Below are positions 50,810-63,570 of a DNA stretch of 64,000 nt, piece by piece. Made by a program: the position numbers and the translations under genes. The notes under the pieces are model-generated. The model was not told where the DNA came from. It was given only the letters and a program-made list of their open reading frames with translations, and did no database searches. The stretch is from Camelus dromedarius (lineage: Eukaryota). Numbering within the stretch: the stretch's first letter is position 1; each line of letters starts with the position of its first letter. The stretch covers positions 59,522,001-59,586,000 of the forward strand of contig NC_087436.1 in the NCBI RefSeq assembly GCF_036321535.1, in the 5' to 3' direction.

Positions 50810-51372
50810 AGATATTGAATACCTACTATATGCCAAACATTGCTATACATATTGGTGATACAGTGATGAACAACCTTTCAAGGAGTTTACATTCTAAGGG
50901 AGAGACAAAAAGAATAACGCAATAAAGTATAATAATTTCAGGTTATGATACATGTCACCAAGCAGAAAAAGCAGAGTAATACCATAGATCATCAGTTACC
51001 AATCACAGTTACAAATCAGAATCACTCGGAAAGCTTCTTGAAAATACTGATGCTCGGGGGTCCACCCCAGAATAAGTAAATCATAGTCTGAGATTCATGA
51101 TCACATGTACCTGATGCAGGATGTGTCATCAACTATGAAGGCAAAAAGAGGGAGAAACAATTTGGAGACAAAGGAAGAGTGTTGCTATTGGTTTTCACAT
51201 AGAAATGTCTACATTCACATAACAATATCTAAAGAGAGTTGACTAGATTGAGAGGTTTGGAGAGATATTTAGGCTGGGATATAGATTTTGGAATCAATAG
51301 AGTATAGCTATCAGTTGAAGTCATATATGAAGGAGATTACTTAAGCAGGATATTTAGAGTGAAAAGACTAAA
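50810..51372 (-). mobile_element. L2 fragment with an embedded MER5-like piece (about 50993-51090)
   Basis: 'tattgaatacctactatatgccaaacattgctatacatattggtgatacagtgatgaac'; MER5-like 'aatcagaatcactcggaaagcttcttgaaaatactgatgctcggggg'. Confidence 0.7.
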
Positions 51373-51937
51373 TGTAGGGGGACAGAAGACATATAAGGTG
51401 GCTCCCGTGAAGCTCACCTCCTGGTGTTCATGCCTGTGTGTGAGCCCCATTCCTTGAGTGTGAGCAGGATCTGTGACTTGCTTCTAAACAACAGGTGGAA
51501 TGGACATGATTGTCAATATATGATTATATGGCTACATAAGATTGTAGCACTCATCCTGCTGGAGTCTCTCTCTTTTACTGGCTTTGAGGAAACAAATGGT
51601 CATGTTGAAGAACTTCATGTATTGAGGAACCACAAATGACCTCCAGCTGCTGAAGGTGGCCTTCAGCTAAAAGCCAGCAAGGAATTGAGGACCTCAGCCA
51701 TAAAACTGTAAGGAACTGAGTTCTGCCAACAATCTGAATATGTTTTTAAGTGAATCCTTCCCCAGTGAAGCCTCAGATGAGATAAAAGTTTTGTGAGTCT
51801 CTAAGTAAAAGACACAGCTAAGCTATACATGACCCACCAAAACTCCTGACCTGCAAAAACTGTGAGATAATAAATGGTATAGTGTCTTAGGCCACTAAGA
51901 CAGTTGTAGTATCATTTATTACTCACAGTAGTAATAT
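51373..51937 (+). mobile_element. MaLR solo LTR (MLT1E-like)
   Basis: 'cctcctggtgttcatgcctgtgtgtgagccccattccttgagtgtgagcaggatctgtgacttgcttcta...aaactgtgagataataaatgg'. Confidence 0.85.
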
Positions 51938-52613
51938 GAGTAAAAGAATCATTGAAGAAAAAGGAGCAGTAGAGAAAGAAAATAAGGTGACAGTTACATT
52001 ATAATGATGTCTTTAATTTTACTTCAAATACTACTGTATGGGTAATGTGATACATAAAGTAACAGAATTCTGCCTTTTGATGTACCTGTTTTGCGTAAAC
52101 TTCACATGCACAGTGATGGTTCCAATACAGAAAGGACAGAACAGTAAGTTATCCCAGCAAAGAGCACAGGTCTCAGGAACTATTTTTCTGCTAGTGCTTC
52201 TAAAGTTCAATTAAAATTACCTGCATGTGTGGCATAATTTTATGTAAGATTTGCTTTCATTATAACATCTTTCATGGCTATATTGATCTGCCAAAATGAA
52301 ACTGAAAGTTGTATGTAACCAGGTTGATTTAGGTTCATTGAAATAGGAGGAGCTTCAAGAAGAGAATGCTCAATACTCTGGAGTAAAGATATCAAGTTAG
52401 ACAAGAACTAAAAAGTGCTCCTCCGATTTGTCAACTAAATGTTCAGTAATTACTCTAGCAAACACAGCTTCAGTGGGCTAGTGGGGTCCAAAGCCAGAAT
52501 GCAGTAGGAGACAAAAAAAGTGACAACAGTAGGTGTAGACTTTTTGTTCCAGAATCTTAGCTGAGGAAGAAAGGAGAGAGGTGGGGAAGTAGCTAGACTG
52601 TAACATACAGTTT

Positions 52614-53097
52614 TGCTATGGGTTGACTTGTGCTCCCCAAAAGATATCTTCAAGTCCTAACCCCTGGTAGTTGTAAATGTGACCTTATTTGGAAATAGGA
52701 TCTTTGCACATATTATCAGGTTAGGATGAGATTATACCACATTACGGTTGGCCTTTGTCCAAAATGTCTGGTGTCCTTACAAGAAGAAAATGAAAACCCA
52801 AGGAGAAGAACATCATGTGAAAGACAGAGAGACATATACACACAGAGGGAAGACAGCGTATGAAGACTGACACAGATTGGAGTTATGCTACTGTAAACCA
52901 AGGGAGGCCCAGGGCTACCAGAAGCTGGAAGAGGCAAGGAAGGATCCTTCTCTAGGGGCTTCAGAAAAAGCATGGCTTGCTGATGCCGTAATTTCAGACT
53001 TTTAAGCTCCAGAACTGTGAGACAATCATCAATTTTGGTTGTTTTCAGTCACCTACTTGTGGGTAATTTTGTTAGGCAGCTCTAAGCAACTAATATA
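52614..53097 (+). mobile_element. MaLR solo LTR (MLT1C/B-like) inserted in L2
   Basis: 'tgctatgggttgacttgtgctccccaaaagat...tgtgaccttatttggaaatagg...ccagaagctggaagaggcaaggaaggatc...ctaagcaactaatata'; TSD agttt/acttt (4 of 5 match); L2-like flanks about 52330-53230. Confidence 0.9.
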
Positions 53098-53409
53098 ACT
53101 TTAAAAGGAAATAATTTTATAATCCAAGTGTCAAATTTGTTCATACTGAGAAGAATCCAAGGCAACAGAGAAGTTGAAGATTCGATTAGAAAGGGCTTGA
53201 AAGGAGGAATATCCTGGAGGAGCAAGATGAATGGATCAAGAGGAATGTGCAGATCACTTCCTCACAAAGCTACTTGAGTGACTGACTAAAGGAAGATTCC
53301 TAGGTGTCCCCAAACAAGGCTAAAAATTTAGTTTCTGAGTGCAGAGCCTGGGATTCTGCAGTTATCATGATCTAGTAACACACAAGTTTAAGAAACACCA
53401 ATCTACTGA

Positions 53410-53790
53410 CTCAGATGTGGAATCTAAAACAAAACCCCAAACTCTAAGCATACAGATACAGAGGACAGATTGGTGGTTTGCACAGGTAAGGGTAGGAGGG
53501 GTGCAGAGTGGGTGAAAGGAGTCAAAAGGTACAAATCTCCAGTTATAAAATAAATCATGGGCATTTAATGTGCAGTATGGTGATTATTAATTAATAATAC
53601 TGTACTGCATAACTGAAAGTTGCTGAGAATGGATCTTGAAAATTCTCATCTCAAAAAATAATCTGTATCTATGGTGACAAATGTTAACTAGATTTATTGT
53701 GGTGATTATTTCACAATATATACAAATATCGAATCATTACAGCTGAAATGAATATAATGTTGTACGTCAATTAGACCTCAATAAAAATTC
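53410..53790 (+). mobile_element. L1MA9-like 3'UTR fragment
   Basis: 'gggtgaaaggagtcaaaaggtacaaatctccagttataaaataaatcatggg...ttgtacgtcaattagacctcaataaaaa'. Confidence 0.85.
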
Positions 53791-54329
53791 AATTAAACAA
53801 AAACCAAAACATTGACCTCCAGTATAGTAGTTAAATTATGAAATTTTAGAATTAAAAAAAAATTTTAAATAACAACTCTCGCATATAGAATGAGGACTAA
53901 GATGTGTATTAGAACTGCAAAGCATTGGGAACCAGGTAAGATTGGGTTTCGTGAAGTATTGGAAATAATCTTTTTTTTTTTTCTCCTGTAGCAGCACAAA
54001 ACAGTTGCAGTGCAGAATCACTAACTCGAAATAATTCCCTACTTTTAAATATAGCTTTCTGACTATCACTTATTTTCCATTATTCCACAGCACTGCTTTA
54101 TATTTGTTTCCTAATATGGATTATTCTTTTGACTCTAAGTCAAGCTTCTCAACTTGTTATTTATTTCGTTCTTTCCTGCCCCAACCCTTCCACTACCTAG
54201 TCTCAGACTCAACCACAAGTTTGCCTTTGGCTAATTTTTTTTTTGTTCCCCACAAATGCCAAACTCATATCAAATCTACATATCTGTAGGTGATAAGAGC
54301 CCCTCCAACTCTCCCAGCGGAACATAAGA

Positions 54330-54490
54330 CCTGTTCTCAAACAGGGTGTATTATAAAGACATAAAGAAAACACTGTGCTTATATATTCTTGGGTCCTGCC
54401 CTCAGAGATTCTGATTTAGCATATCTGGGTCCAAGAATCTGAATCTGCAAGGAAGAATTTCATCTGACTCGAAAGTATGAGCAACCTGGA
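54330..54490. mobile_element. MER5-like hAT MITE
   Basis: 'ttcttgggtcctgccctcagagattctgatttagcatatctgggtccaagaatctg'. Confidence 0.6.
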
Positions 54491-54964
54491 CACACTTTCC
54501 AGAAACACTCCCCGAAGAGTAAGGAGTATTCAGTGCAAGCTCAAAATGATCGCAGAATCTGAGAAAGCAGCCAGAAATGTTAACGAAACCTCTGGCAACA
54601 GTAAGAGCTATATCACATTCAGGTCAAGAAAGGTAAGTTTCTATTTCCTGCAATGGCCAAACTGAGCTTGAAATACTGTGTTTGGTTACGCATATCATAT
54701 TTTAAGAATGTGTTACTATGCAGTACATTTTGATCCAGTCAATACAATTCACGTCATTGATACCTATAAAATACAAAGTTCAGGTCCTTGTCAGGGTAGC
54801 ATTCCTGTTTCCCAGAAACTTGAGAAATATTGTACTACACTCCTCACCTGCAAACACCGTATTGTGAAGGGTTGCTTCACCTTTAAAAAAGAATAATGAA
54901 TGTACTCAATATGCAATAGGGATAATATGGCAATTAAGGAGCCATCTCATAATGTCCTACAATC

Positions 54965-55627
54965 CTTTTTTTTTACAGCTTTATTGAGGTATAACTGATA
55001 AGTAAAATTGTAAGATACTTAGAGTGTATGTGATGATCTTATATATAGACACAGATAGGTAGATACAGCAAAAAGACTTCCCCTCATAACTAAGTAACAC
55101 ATCCGTCACCTTACATAATTACCTGTTATTTATTTATTTATTTGGTAAGCACACTTAAGTTCTACTCTTTTAGCAAATTTCAATTGTACAGCATAGTGTT
55201 ATCAACTCTGAGTCATCTTGTTACACATTAGATCTTCAGAACTTTTTCATCTTGTAACTGAAAGTTTATACCCTATATCGACCGCTCCCTATTATCCTAC
55301 TCCTGACAACCACTTTTCTATTTTGACTCTACAAGTCTGACTTTTTAAAATTCCACATAGAAGGGATACCATGCAGTTTTTGTCTTTCTCTGTTTGGCTT
55401 ATTTCACCTAGCACAATGCCCTCCAGTTTTATCCTTGTCATAAATGTCAGGGTTTCCTCCTTAGTTAATGCTGAATAAAATTCCACTGTATATATACGCA
55501 CACTGTCTTGATCCATTTATCCACTGATGAACACAAAGGTTGTTTCCATACCTTGGCTACTATGAACAATGCTGTAATGAACACAGGAGCACAGATACCT
55601 CTTTGAGATAACGGTTTTATATCATCT
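54965..55627 (-). mobile_element. L1MA-type 3' end with 10-bp TSD
   Basis: 'ttttttacagctttattgaggtataactga...ggttgtttccataccttggctactatgaacaatgctgtaatgaacac'; TSD tcctacaatc at 54955-54964 and 55628-55637. Confidence 0.9.
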
Positions 55628-57934
55628 TCCTACAATCTCTTAAAGCCCATTGTTGTTTCAAGAGCTAATCCAGGGCTAAAAATCTCAGGGACAAGACATC
55701 TTCTGGGCATCCTAGGCCACTTAAAATCCTGAGGAATTAAAAACTCAGAGCTAGAACTGTAAGATTTCTGATAGTAGTGCTTCATATATTTCCAGATCAT
55801 TCTCTCCCACCAATCTTTCTCTCTCTCTCTTTTTTTCCCTCGGTAGCATTCTCACTTCTATTCCTCTCTCCTGGAAAATCTAAGACCTATGTTTACAGGT
55901 TGGTGGTTTTCAATACATCTAGAAATTAGAATTATGTGGGAACGTTTTAACATTGCAGACATCTGAGACACCAACTTAGAGACTGAAAACTACTGCATAA
56001 ACTCAAGAGAGGGAAGCATCTCGTTTTTTAAACTAAGGCATCTGAAATTCCTAGTCATTCTTCCTATTTCACTTCAAAAGGAACTTCACTTATCTTACTC
56101 TAAGAAATTATTTCTTCATTAGTCTTTCTTTACCTCAATAATTTACACATTCAGAAAGAAACTACAGTTCTCACAAACCTTTCCAGATGGCTTAGTTTCC
56201 CCATTTTTCAGATGGTCTGGCATAGATAGATAAAATGTATTTTGAGAAGGGGTAACCCAGGTCTTTTTTATTTTCCTTCAAAATATTATATCCCAGATGT
56301 GTCTCATCATTTAGATGAAGGACACACAAAATGCTAAACAAAGATTCACAAATACCCATATTGATTATATTTTCAAGCAATTCAAGCTGTTTCATAATGA
56401 AGAGGTTTATGTCTACTTTTGCTGGAATATTCAAGAGGAGACTGGAAGACAACTGTTAAGAGAATGTGTAGGCACGTGCACATAAAAGATTCCATGATTC
56501 TTCCCTGTTACCCAGTGTAACAATCTTTCTGGCAGCAACAGAAAAATGTTTGATGATTTCATATCCTCAGAATTTCCAGATCTGCTTCAAAACAGTCAAA
56601 CCTAAAAATGCTTAAAAACCTTAGCAAACTGTGTAGAACATTTGTGTTCTGACACTAAGGACTACTAAATGGAAGCCTTGTTAAATTTATATAATATATA
56701 TTCCATAGCTTTATCTTGGTGTTCAATATTTCATTTTCTAACTTACAGAGGCTGTGTCTAGCCACAGCTGTTGATTAGTCTGCTTTCAAGAAAAACAAAA
56801 CAAACAGGCTACTTAGTTGTGCCAAATCTATCAGGAGAATGTCATTAAGTTATTTATTGAAATGGCTTCTAATTTCCCAAGTTTTGCCAAAGCTTAAAAT
56901 TTGTGGTTAAAGTCAAATGGAAATATGTAGGAGCTGCAACAATGAAAATTAAACAAATTGGCCATCGAATCTATCATATAATATTATAAATATAGTTAAC
57001 ACATTTCTTAAAACAAATATAAAGTATAAATATCACTGGTGACCCTCAGCTAACATAGTAACAGAATTTTAAAAATATCCATTATTTTCTTTTATCAGAT
57101 AAAAATATAATAAGTAACAACAGTAATAACTGATTTATTTCAACATCATTAAAATTCCATGCTGGGATTTCAGAAAAATATGTCTCCTGAGCAAGTTAAA
57201 TTGATCTGATAAAGAAAAATGTCAATATTAAGTCATTAACTAATGAAAATTTCAAGACAAGGACTTTTAAATTTGTTTTTCTTTATTCCACCCCACCAAA
57301 ATGTGGATTTTAGTCGTAATTTTATACCAGATACCTTCTTTCTAATAATTTCTAGTAAAATATTGGTTAGACCTGTGAAAAACATAAAACTATGAATATT
57401 TCAAACATTAGAAAATATTAAACCTTAAAAATTTATGTAAATAAATGAGATTATGTTTAATAATGATTCTGCTACAGCATTACTTATCAAACTTTTCCTC
57501 TAAAGTGCAATTAACTATAAAAAGGAATGGATTTGCACCCCCAGAGATCTATGGGACAAAGCATGCTGCTATAATCTAAGCAACACATTAAATCTAGTGC
57601 TAAAGATAAAAATGATACTCCTACACAATAATAAATACAAGTTTAAAGAAAAATGATAAAAATGCTTTTCCTCTCAAATTAGCTCGTGATTTTAACAACT
57701 TTGAATACTAGTATCTTGGTATCAGAAGCATGTATTTTTAAGAAACTGGCTAATATTCAAAAATCTCAAAGCATTGATTAAAGTTACATCCTAAAAAGAA
57801 TTTACTCAGAAATTATACTATTACACATTTTTAACTCTAAGAATTCTTTATCTGGTTAAGACCTATAGGAAAATACCAGTCTAGAACAAGACAAAATAGC
57901 CACTAAGTAAATATGATAAAGAACATAATGGTTT

Positions 57935-58901
57935 TCAGACATTTTCCCAAATAAGACATAATAGATGGCCAACAGGTGCATGAGAAGATGTTCAACATCA
58001 CTGATGATCAGGGAAATACAAATCAAAACCACAATGAGATATCATCTCACAACTGTTAGAATGGCTAGCACCAAAAAGACAAGATAACAAGTGTTGGCAA
58101 GAATGTAGAGAAAAGGGAACCCTTTTACACTGTTGGTGGGAATGTGTACTGGTGCAGCCATTATGGAAACCGTATTGGGGGGGGTTCCTTAAGAAATTAA
58201 AAATGTAACTCCCTTATGATTTAGCAATCCCACTTCTGGGTATATATCCAAAGGAAATGAAAACAGGATATTGAAGAGATATGTGCACTCTGATGTCCAC
58301 TGCAGCATTATTCCAAACAGTCAAGATATGAAAACAACCTAAATGTCAGTTGACAGATGAATGGATAAAACAGATGTGATATATACATACAAGGAATATT
58401 ACTCAACCGTGAGAAAGAAGGAAATCCTGCCTTTTACAACAACATGGGTTAACTTCAAGGGTGTTATGCTAAGTGAAATAAATCAGACAAAGAGAAAATA
58501 ACGTGGGGTACCAGTTATACGTGCAATCTTAGAGAGTCAAACTCAGAAACAGAGACTAGAATGGTGCTTATTAAGGGCTGGAGTGTGGTAAAAACAGGGA
58601 GACTGCTTAAAGGGCACAAACTTCCAGTTACAAGGTAAGTAAGTTCTGGCAATTTAATGTCCAGCATGGTGATTATAGTTAATAATACTGTATTATTATC
58701 TTGAAAAATGTTAAGACAGTAGATTTTATACATTCCTATCACAAAAGAGAAATGGTAATTATGTGAGATGATGAAGGCATTAGCTAAAGCTATAATAGTA
58801 ATTATTTTCCAATATATAAGTGTATCAAATTAACAGGTTACATACCTTAAAGGTACACAATGTTATGTGTCAGTTATATCTCAATAAAGCTGGGAAAATA
58901 T
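57935..58901 (+). mobile_element. L1MA/MB-type 3' fragment with 10-bp TSD
   Basis: ORF2-end text 'gatgttcaacatcactgatgatcagggaaatacaaatcaaaaccacaatgagatatcatctcac'; end 'ttatatctcaataaagctgggaaaa'; TSD ataatggttt at 57925-57934 and 58902-58911. Confidence 0.92.
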
Positions 58902-59009
58902 ATAATGGTTTGCACCTTTATATTTTAGTGAATTATAAAATATTAAATCAAGAGAATAAAAGATCTTGCCTAAATGCTATGAAAGGGCTATGGATAAAGA
59001 GTAAATTGA

Positions 59010-59464
59010 AAAGGGAAAGTACTATTCTAAGTATTAGAGATGGAAGACAAAGCACAAAATTCTACTTCTGTTTGCAACATAGATAAATTGCACAAACCAT
59101 GTTCTGCCAGACCACCTAAAGCTTAAATTGTTTTAACACCAGCTCAGTCACATCTATGTATTTTCCTGGATACAACCACAAACCAATTTAACTGTTATAT
59201 CCATAGACAACAAATAAGACTATGGACAGTTTCATTAACTTACCTAAGTTTACAAATCCTGACCAATCTATATCCAGACCTCATTTACCAGCATCTGTCC
59301 TGAAACCACCCTATGACTAAACGCAGCCCCACAGACTCTATATGACGTTTCCTTAACTTTCCCTCTGTAAAGATGAGTGTTATCCCTTACTCAGCAAGTT
59401 TAATAAACCCAGCTTTATATGATCCACAGGTTTGCCTGATGGTCTTGATATTAGAGCTTTAACA
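59010..59464 (+). mobile_element. Old ERV1-type solo LTR (MER31/MER67/MER110-like group)
   Basis: 'cccttactcagcaagtttaataaacccagcttt...acaggtttgcctgatggtcttgatattagagctttaaca' resembles an LTR 3' end with polyA signal and terminal CA; 5' limit uncertain. Confidence 0.55.
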
Positions 59465-59553
59465 AATATTTTGTAATAGTATCAAAACTGTATATTAAAT
59501 TACACCAGTGACTTGTGATTTTTCTCTTGCAGTTTAAATTTAACCACCCTTCC

Positions 59554-59886
59554 TGTATGAATTGGCTCAAGCTGCTATAAACAAATACCACAGATTGGGT
59601 GGCTTGAAATTTTGTCACAGTTCTGAAAGCTGAATGTCCAAGATCAGGGTACCAGCATGATGGGGTTCCAGTTTGAGAGCTCTCTTCCTGGCTTGCAATG
59701 TCCTCACATGATAGAGAAAGAGAATGCAATCACACACTCTCTGGTATCACTTAATCCTATCAGATCAGGGCCCTACCTTTAGGACCTCATTTAACCTTAA
59801 TTACTTTCTTACTCCAAATATAGCCACACTTGGGGTTAGGACTTTAACATATGAATTTGGGGGGCACATATATTCAGTCCATGACA
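59554..59886 (-). mobile_element. MaLR LTR (MLT1A0-like)
   Basis: 'gctgctataaacaaataccacagattgggtggcttg...gttaggactttaacatatgaatttggggggcacatatattcagtccatgaca'. Confidence 0.9.
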
Positions 59887-61550
59887 TTCTATCCCTGCTT
59901 TTCCCAAATCCATGTCTTTACATGAAAATATATTTGTTCTATTCCAAAAGTCCCTGAAATCTTAAATTATTCCAGCATCAAGTCTATGTCAAAACTCTAC
60001 AGTCTCATCTAAATCAGGTATGGGTTAGATATCCTGAGGCAAAATTCATCTCCAGCTGTGAACCTGTGAAACCAGACAAGTTATGTGCTTCCAAAATACA
60101 ACAGCTGGGTGGCATAAGAGGACACTCCCACTCAAAATGGGAGAAATTAGGTGAAGGTCTCAAGTAAGTTTAAACTTAACAAGGGAAACTGCATTAAATC
60201 CTAAGGCTTGAATATAACCTTTGCTCTGCTCTTCAGCACACTAGGAATGGCAGCATCATCCCCACGGTTCTTTGGAGAAGTCCTGTCCCTTCAGCTCAGT
60301 GGGGAGGCCCACCTACTAGGACTTTGGCCTTGCACCTAAGGCAATGGGTGGTGGCATATTAGCACCCCAAAACAGAAGAGACCCCACCCTTCTAAACCAG
60401 TCCTGCCCCGCAGAACTCTGAATCGCCTTCGGGTCATTCCTCCTTTTTCTTGAAGGATTTTCACAGCCAAATGGCTCCACTGTCCCATCCTGTAGAATCT
60501 AAGAACTCCTGTCCACTTCCCACTGCTTCAGTTCAAACTGGCAGTGTTTCTGCTGGTGGAATCCCATAATCTCTTCATCAAGTGATAGTCCAGCCACAAC
60601 TTTGAGGTTCTCAGAACATGCTTTCTCTTTTTTGCAATAAGGAGAAGCTGAGAACTCCCAAATCTTTCAGTTCTGGTTCCTTTTTTGCTTAACTATTTAT
60701 CCTTTAATTCATCTCTCTCCTCTTAGACTTTACTATAAGCAGTCGGGAGCACCCAGGGAGCACTTCAAGATTTTGCTCAGAAATCTCTTCAGCTAAATAT
60801 TCAACTTCATCATTTTACCTTCCACAAAACATAAGAACACAATTCAGCCATGTTTTTTGACACTATGTAACCTGAATATCTTTTTCTCCATTGTCCAACA
60901 GTATATTTCTCCTTTCTGTCTGAGACATTGCCAGAGTAGTTCTGTCAATATTTTGTTTGTGATCATTTATATACTATGAAGACAGTTTTCTCTCCCGCTC
61001 TCCTCTTTTTTTCCCTGAGCTTTCACCAGAATCACATTTAATGTCCATATTTCTACCGATGAAATAAAATTCATATTTTATGGCAAGACAAGAAATAAAT
61101 ATAAAATTTTTCCCTGCATGCCTGGGCCTCCTCTCTCCCATTTAGTGTACGGACCTCCTTAAGAGATAACATTCCTTCTTAATCCTGTCAGGGGTCATGA
61201 TGACCCAGTACTCCCTTTGTGCAGATCCAGATCATGTAAACTCTCAGTCATCTGATGTATAACTCTGTCTCAAAAATATATGTAACTGTGCTTAGACCTC
61301 CAACAGGCAGAAGAGTCTTCAGAGCTTTCTGAAGGACTGTCTCCAGGTTTATAATCCACCGGTTGATGGAATGAAATTCTCTATTTCTTTCTCAGGTTGA
61401 CTGCTAATTAATAGTTTGTCAACATTACCAGTCCCCTCACAACAATCTAGGCTTTCTCTAGCATGTACTTCAGAACTCCTCCAGCTGCTCTACCCATTAC
61501 CCAGTTCCTAAGCTGCTTCCAAATTTTTTGGTATTTGTTAACAGCAGTTT
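59887..61550 (-). mobile_element. MLT1A-type MaLR internal sequence, contiguous with the LTR
   Basis: 'cctgaggcaaaattcatctccagctgtgaacctgtgaaaccagacaagttatgtgcttccaaaatacaa...ctctacccattacccagttcctaagctgcttcca'. Confidence 0.8.
61058..61424 (+). mobile_element. Younger ERV solo LTR nested in the MaLR internal region
   Basis: 'gatgaaataaaattcatatttt...gagataacattccttc...aaaaatatatgtaactgtgc...tttgtcaaca'; MaLR text resumes after 61424; flanks ctacc/ttacc. Confidence 0.7.
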
Positions 61551-62844
61551 GCTGATTACATATATTATATACAATAATATATAATAATAATATAAGAATA
61601 TATATATTCTGTCCGTAACACTTCCCATGCCAAAGAACGCTAGCCCCTCTATGGTCAGTTTTTATCCAAGGCCAATCCAGATTTGACGGTTGACTCAGAT
61701 TTAAGGACGTGCTTTAAACCATGTGGTTTGGCGACTGACTGGGCTCCACTCTCTAGTCTGATGACCTCCACTATGCTTTCCTTGGCTCTGCCAGCTTCCT
61801 TGATTTTGGAATTCTCCCTCCAATGGATCCAGGAAGGTAAAATTTTAAATACAGATTCATACATACCCTCTATTTTTCTCTACCACTTTTATTTTAGAAA
61901 TAATCAATGTTTTAAATTTTATTATAAAATTGAGGACAAATTTTTAGATTAATTTGTTTGAATTTACTCTTCTCTTAAAATAGAAGTATTAATAAACATT
62001 AGCTAAAAAGTGTATCAAAAACATCAAGGTTAAAACTAGTCCTTCTAATCTTGGATATGAAACATCAGTGAAAGGTAAGAGAAGACAGAGAAAGCAGGAC
62101 TCCAGAGAGTTACCAAAACTTGATTCAAAAATTCTCTTTGGAATCAGTGGAAAGTATTGGACAAAGGAAACACCTTCAGATTTAATAAATGTAACTTGTA
62201 TTAGAGAAAACTGCCTGGATACACTTGCTTCAAATTACAAATTAAGATATTTAACAGGTCCAAACTAAAGTGACAAAGTTTTACGAGTGGTTTTTTTTTT
62301 TTAACATGTACTAATCAGTTCATTTCATGTATTCAGCTAAATTGCTAATAAATTGTTTCTTTCTCTGTTACAGGAGTATCAGAATGCAAAAGTTATATTA
62401 CCTAAAAACAGGCTGATTGATTTCCTTAGTCTTAAACCAAATCTTAAATGACCACTGTGGACTCATCAAAAAAATTTAAATAAATCCTACACTGAATGCT
62501 TTGGGTAATGCTCTAATATGTTTGCTGTCATAAGTATGGCTCCTACCAATTTTCTGTCACTACTGATTAGATAAGTAATTCCTTTTTCTTTTATTTTTTC
62601 TTCAATCAGCACATTCCTAAAATACAAGTGGGTGACCATTAGCTTTGGAAAGAAAAATCAGGCAGTGAATGAAAATGTTATCAGTTACACAGAAATGAAA
62701 AGATGTCATTCAGATAAAGTTGTACTATAAAAAGAAAATATATTTATTGCTAGTAGTGACAGTCTTTCATTTGCAGGAGACTTTAGCGGCACTTTTGAAA
62801 TGGCAGACTGCAGAGCTAAGAACAGTGAATAAATATTTAAGGGA

Positions 62845-63570
62845 GGGTGTGTAATATATTGGGGTTGGAGACAGATAATTTTGAATTGCATTTCTGCCAA
62901 TATTAGCTGTGTGATCTTGGGAAAGCTACATAAACCTTTTGCATCTTTGTTTCCTTATCTTAAAAACAGAGGTAATATAGTGGTTTCCTTTTACTTAAAT
63001 TTTGATCCTAATGCCATTTCTACATTCTTTAATGAACATACTCTGATGTTCCTATAAGTTTATTTCCCCCAAAAGTCTGTATGATTCCAAATGATTTGAT
63101 ATCACTTCATTCCAGGAGACTGTGATTAGCTTAAACTAGAAGTATATTCCACCCGGCTGGTTACGGTGATTGGTTCAGGATGAGTAGGTGCGTACCTTCT
63201 CTGTAGAGACATTTGCTAAGACTTCTTGGAATGAAACCTTCCTGCATTTCCAACATTTTGAACATAGAAGGTCGTTTCCTCTGTAACTACACCAATCTTG
63301 CAACCAAGATGGGAGAACTTAAAGCTACTGATAGCCCCTACCTGGAGCCAATCTAGATAACGTACCGTCAGGAGACATAGCCTTGCTCACGTGGGCCCAG
63401 AATGAAATTATGTCATAACCCCTTGTTGTTTAAGCCAATTTGATTTGGATTTTCTGTCAGTTGCAAATGAAGGATTTATGACTAATTATTTCCCTGCGGT
63501 TATTGTGAGGATTAAGAGAGATGATATAAGTAAAGCACTTAACAGTGTTTGGCACCAAGCGCTCTCTCAA
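62845..63570 (+). mobile_element. MIR split by an old MaLR LTR (MLT1J/K-like, about 63050-63487)
   Basis: MIR 5' half 'tctgccaatattagctgtgtgatcttgggaaagctacataaacc'; LTR end 'ttgtttaagccaatttgatttggattttctgtcagttgcaaatgaaggatttatgactaat'; MIR 3' half 'ggttattgtgaggattaagagagatgatataagtaaagcacttaacagtg'. Confidence 0.75.

Noticed and set aside
62396..62415. AG|GTAATA recursive-splice-site-like motif on -
   Set aside because: Short pyrimidine tract and non-consensus donor; expected by chance.
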